From NCBI GenBank assembly GCA_965645245.1, contig OZ287067.1:1612001-1676000 (forward strand): 64,000 nucleotides of DNA. The letters are read 5' to 3'. The notes beneath the pieces are model-generated. The model was not told the DNA's origin and did not search any database. It worked only from the letters and a program-made list of their open reading frames with translations. This stretch comes from Massalongia carnosa (lineage: Eukaryota). Within the stretch, counting starts at the first letter, position 1; each line of letters begins with the position of its first letter. Positions 63,175 through 64,000 of the stretch are shown here, piece by piece. A program made the position numbers and the translations under genes.

Positions 63175-64000
63175 ATGAACGTATCACCGTCAAATGAAGA
63201 GGTCCTTGAACCTTTAACGCAAGCCGAAACACAATTAGGATCAATAGCGGCAGAAATATCAACCAAAAGGACGCGGAGAAGACAGGCCATTACCTCCGAA
63301 TGGAAATAAATAGCCATGCGAATGGAGGCTTCTTTGCGGCCATTTGCGCTGCGTTATGGCAAGCTGGACGCAGATCAAATAGCGCACATCGTTCGAAATG
63401 CAATAATAGAAGACGTAGATGAGGAAGACATATATTTCAGGAAGGGAGTCACCAAGGCGCAATCCAACGTTTCAACGTGGGAACATCGCTCTCTAGAGTG
63501 TATGAAAGTATGTAGCTTGCTATTAGCGTTTATACTCGACTTCTAACTGTTTTTAGAACTACATACAGTCTGCTATCATGAGAGACAACCTAGGGCTGCT
63601 GGAATCCGAGCATGACTCGAGCAGGCTATTCAAAGCCTTTGCACAGCAATATGATCATCATGATGCTGAGACAGTGTTTCCACGAGAAGCCAAAACTTTG
63701 ATGTTCCACGAGGCTTCAAAGAAGGGTGCAATGCCTCGAGGGCCCTATTGGATTAAAGGTAAGTGACAAGGCACACGAGAACTGATGGAATTTACATATT
63801 GATATGAAACAAGTATATTTTTTAAATCTCGCTGTCAAGACGAAATTGTACTCAGACGCACCTAGAGCCGAAGGCACAGATCGAACCTCTTTTTTAGAGT
63901 TTTACGATACATTTCCTCAAATGGCAAAACATTAAGCCACATCATTTCAAATTGAAACCAGCTCGGGCAAAATGCCTAAGAAAGGAATCGTCAAATAATC
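63175..64000 (+). pseudogene. Unknown spliced gene divergent from the transposase, in-frame TAA at 63307; runs off window
   Basis: MNVSPSNEE...SEWK*IAMRMEASLRPFA...; GTATGT donor at ~63508 and TTTAG acceptor at ~63556 join ORFs 63316 and 63578. Confidence 0.55.

Larger units (their letters stand above)
54830..64000. mobile_element. Putative large decayed CMC/EnSpm(CACTA)-like element carrying several genes; boundaries uncertain, continues past window end
   Basis: Abrupt switch from intact conserved genes to three disrupted genes, one with CACTA-type transposase motifs. Confidence 0.6.

Noticed and set aside
54830..64000. Starship element
   Set aside because: No DUF3435 tyrosine recombinase captain visible; cannot be excluded beyond the window
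1..64000. tRNA, rRNA or snRNA genes
   Set aside because: None recognisable by eye; tRNAscan-SE/Infernal would be needed to exclude them

Overview
Eukaryotic DNA from a filamentous ascomycete (Pezizomycotina; short GT-AG introns with CTRAY branch sites). About 20 conserved genes: ECM14, a Sec7-PH Arf-GEF, CEM1, mL46/MRPL17, a NiCoT nickel permease, DRS2, CRIPT, a CoA-binding protein, a Rad4-like protein, a HeLo-like/ankyrin protein, a flavin amine oxidase, a LysM protein, farA/CTF1-alpha, an alpha/beta hydrolase, HNT2/FHIT, a TDA10-like kinase and FOX2. Two mobile regions stand out. (1) 23265-29601 is a triple-nested DNA transposon: an intact Tc1 sits inside the TIR of a Mutator element, which sits inside an older Tc1. 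All TIRs and TSDs can be read. (2) From about 54.8 kb to the window end lies a decayed multi-gene element: a CMC/EnSpm(CACTA)-like transposase plus a very large unknown ORF and a divergent unknown gene. Also present are a frameshifted PD-(D/E)xK-like nuclease gene missed by the ORF track, FarA-type CCGAGG sites linking farA and FOX2, and a recurrent TAC(G/A)GAGTA intergenic motif. Family assignments come from motif recognition by eye, not database searches.
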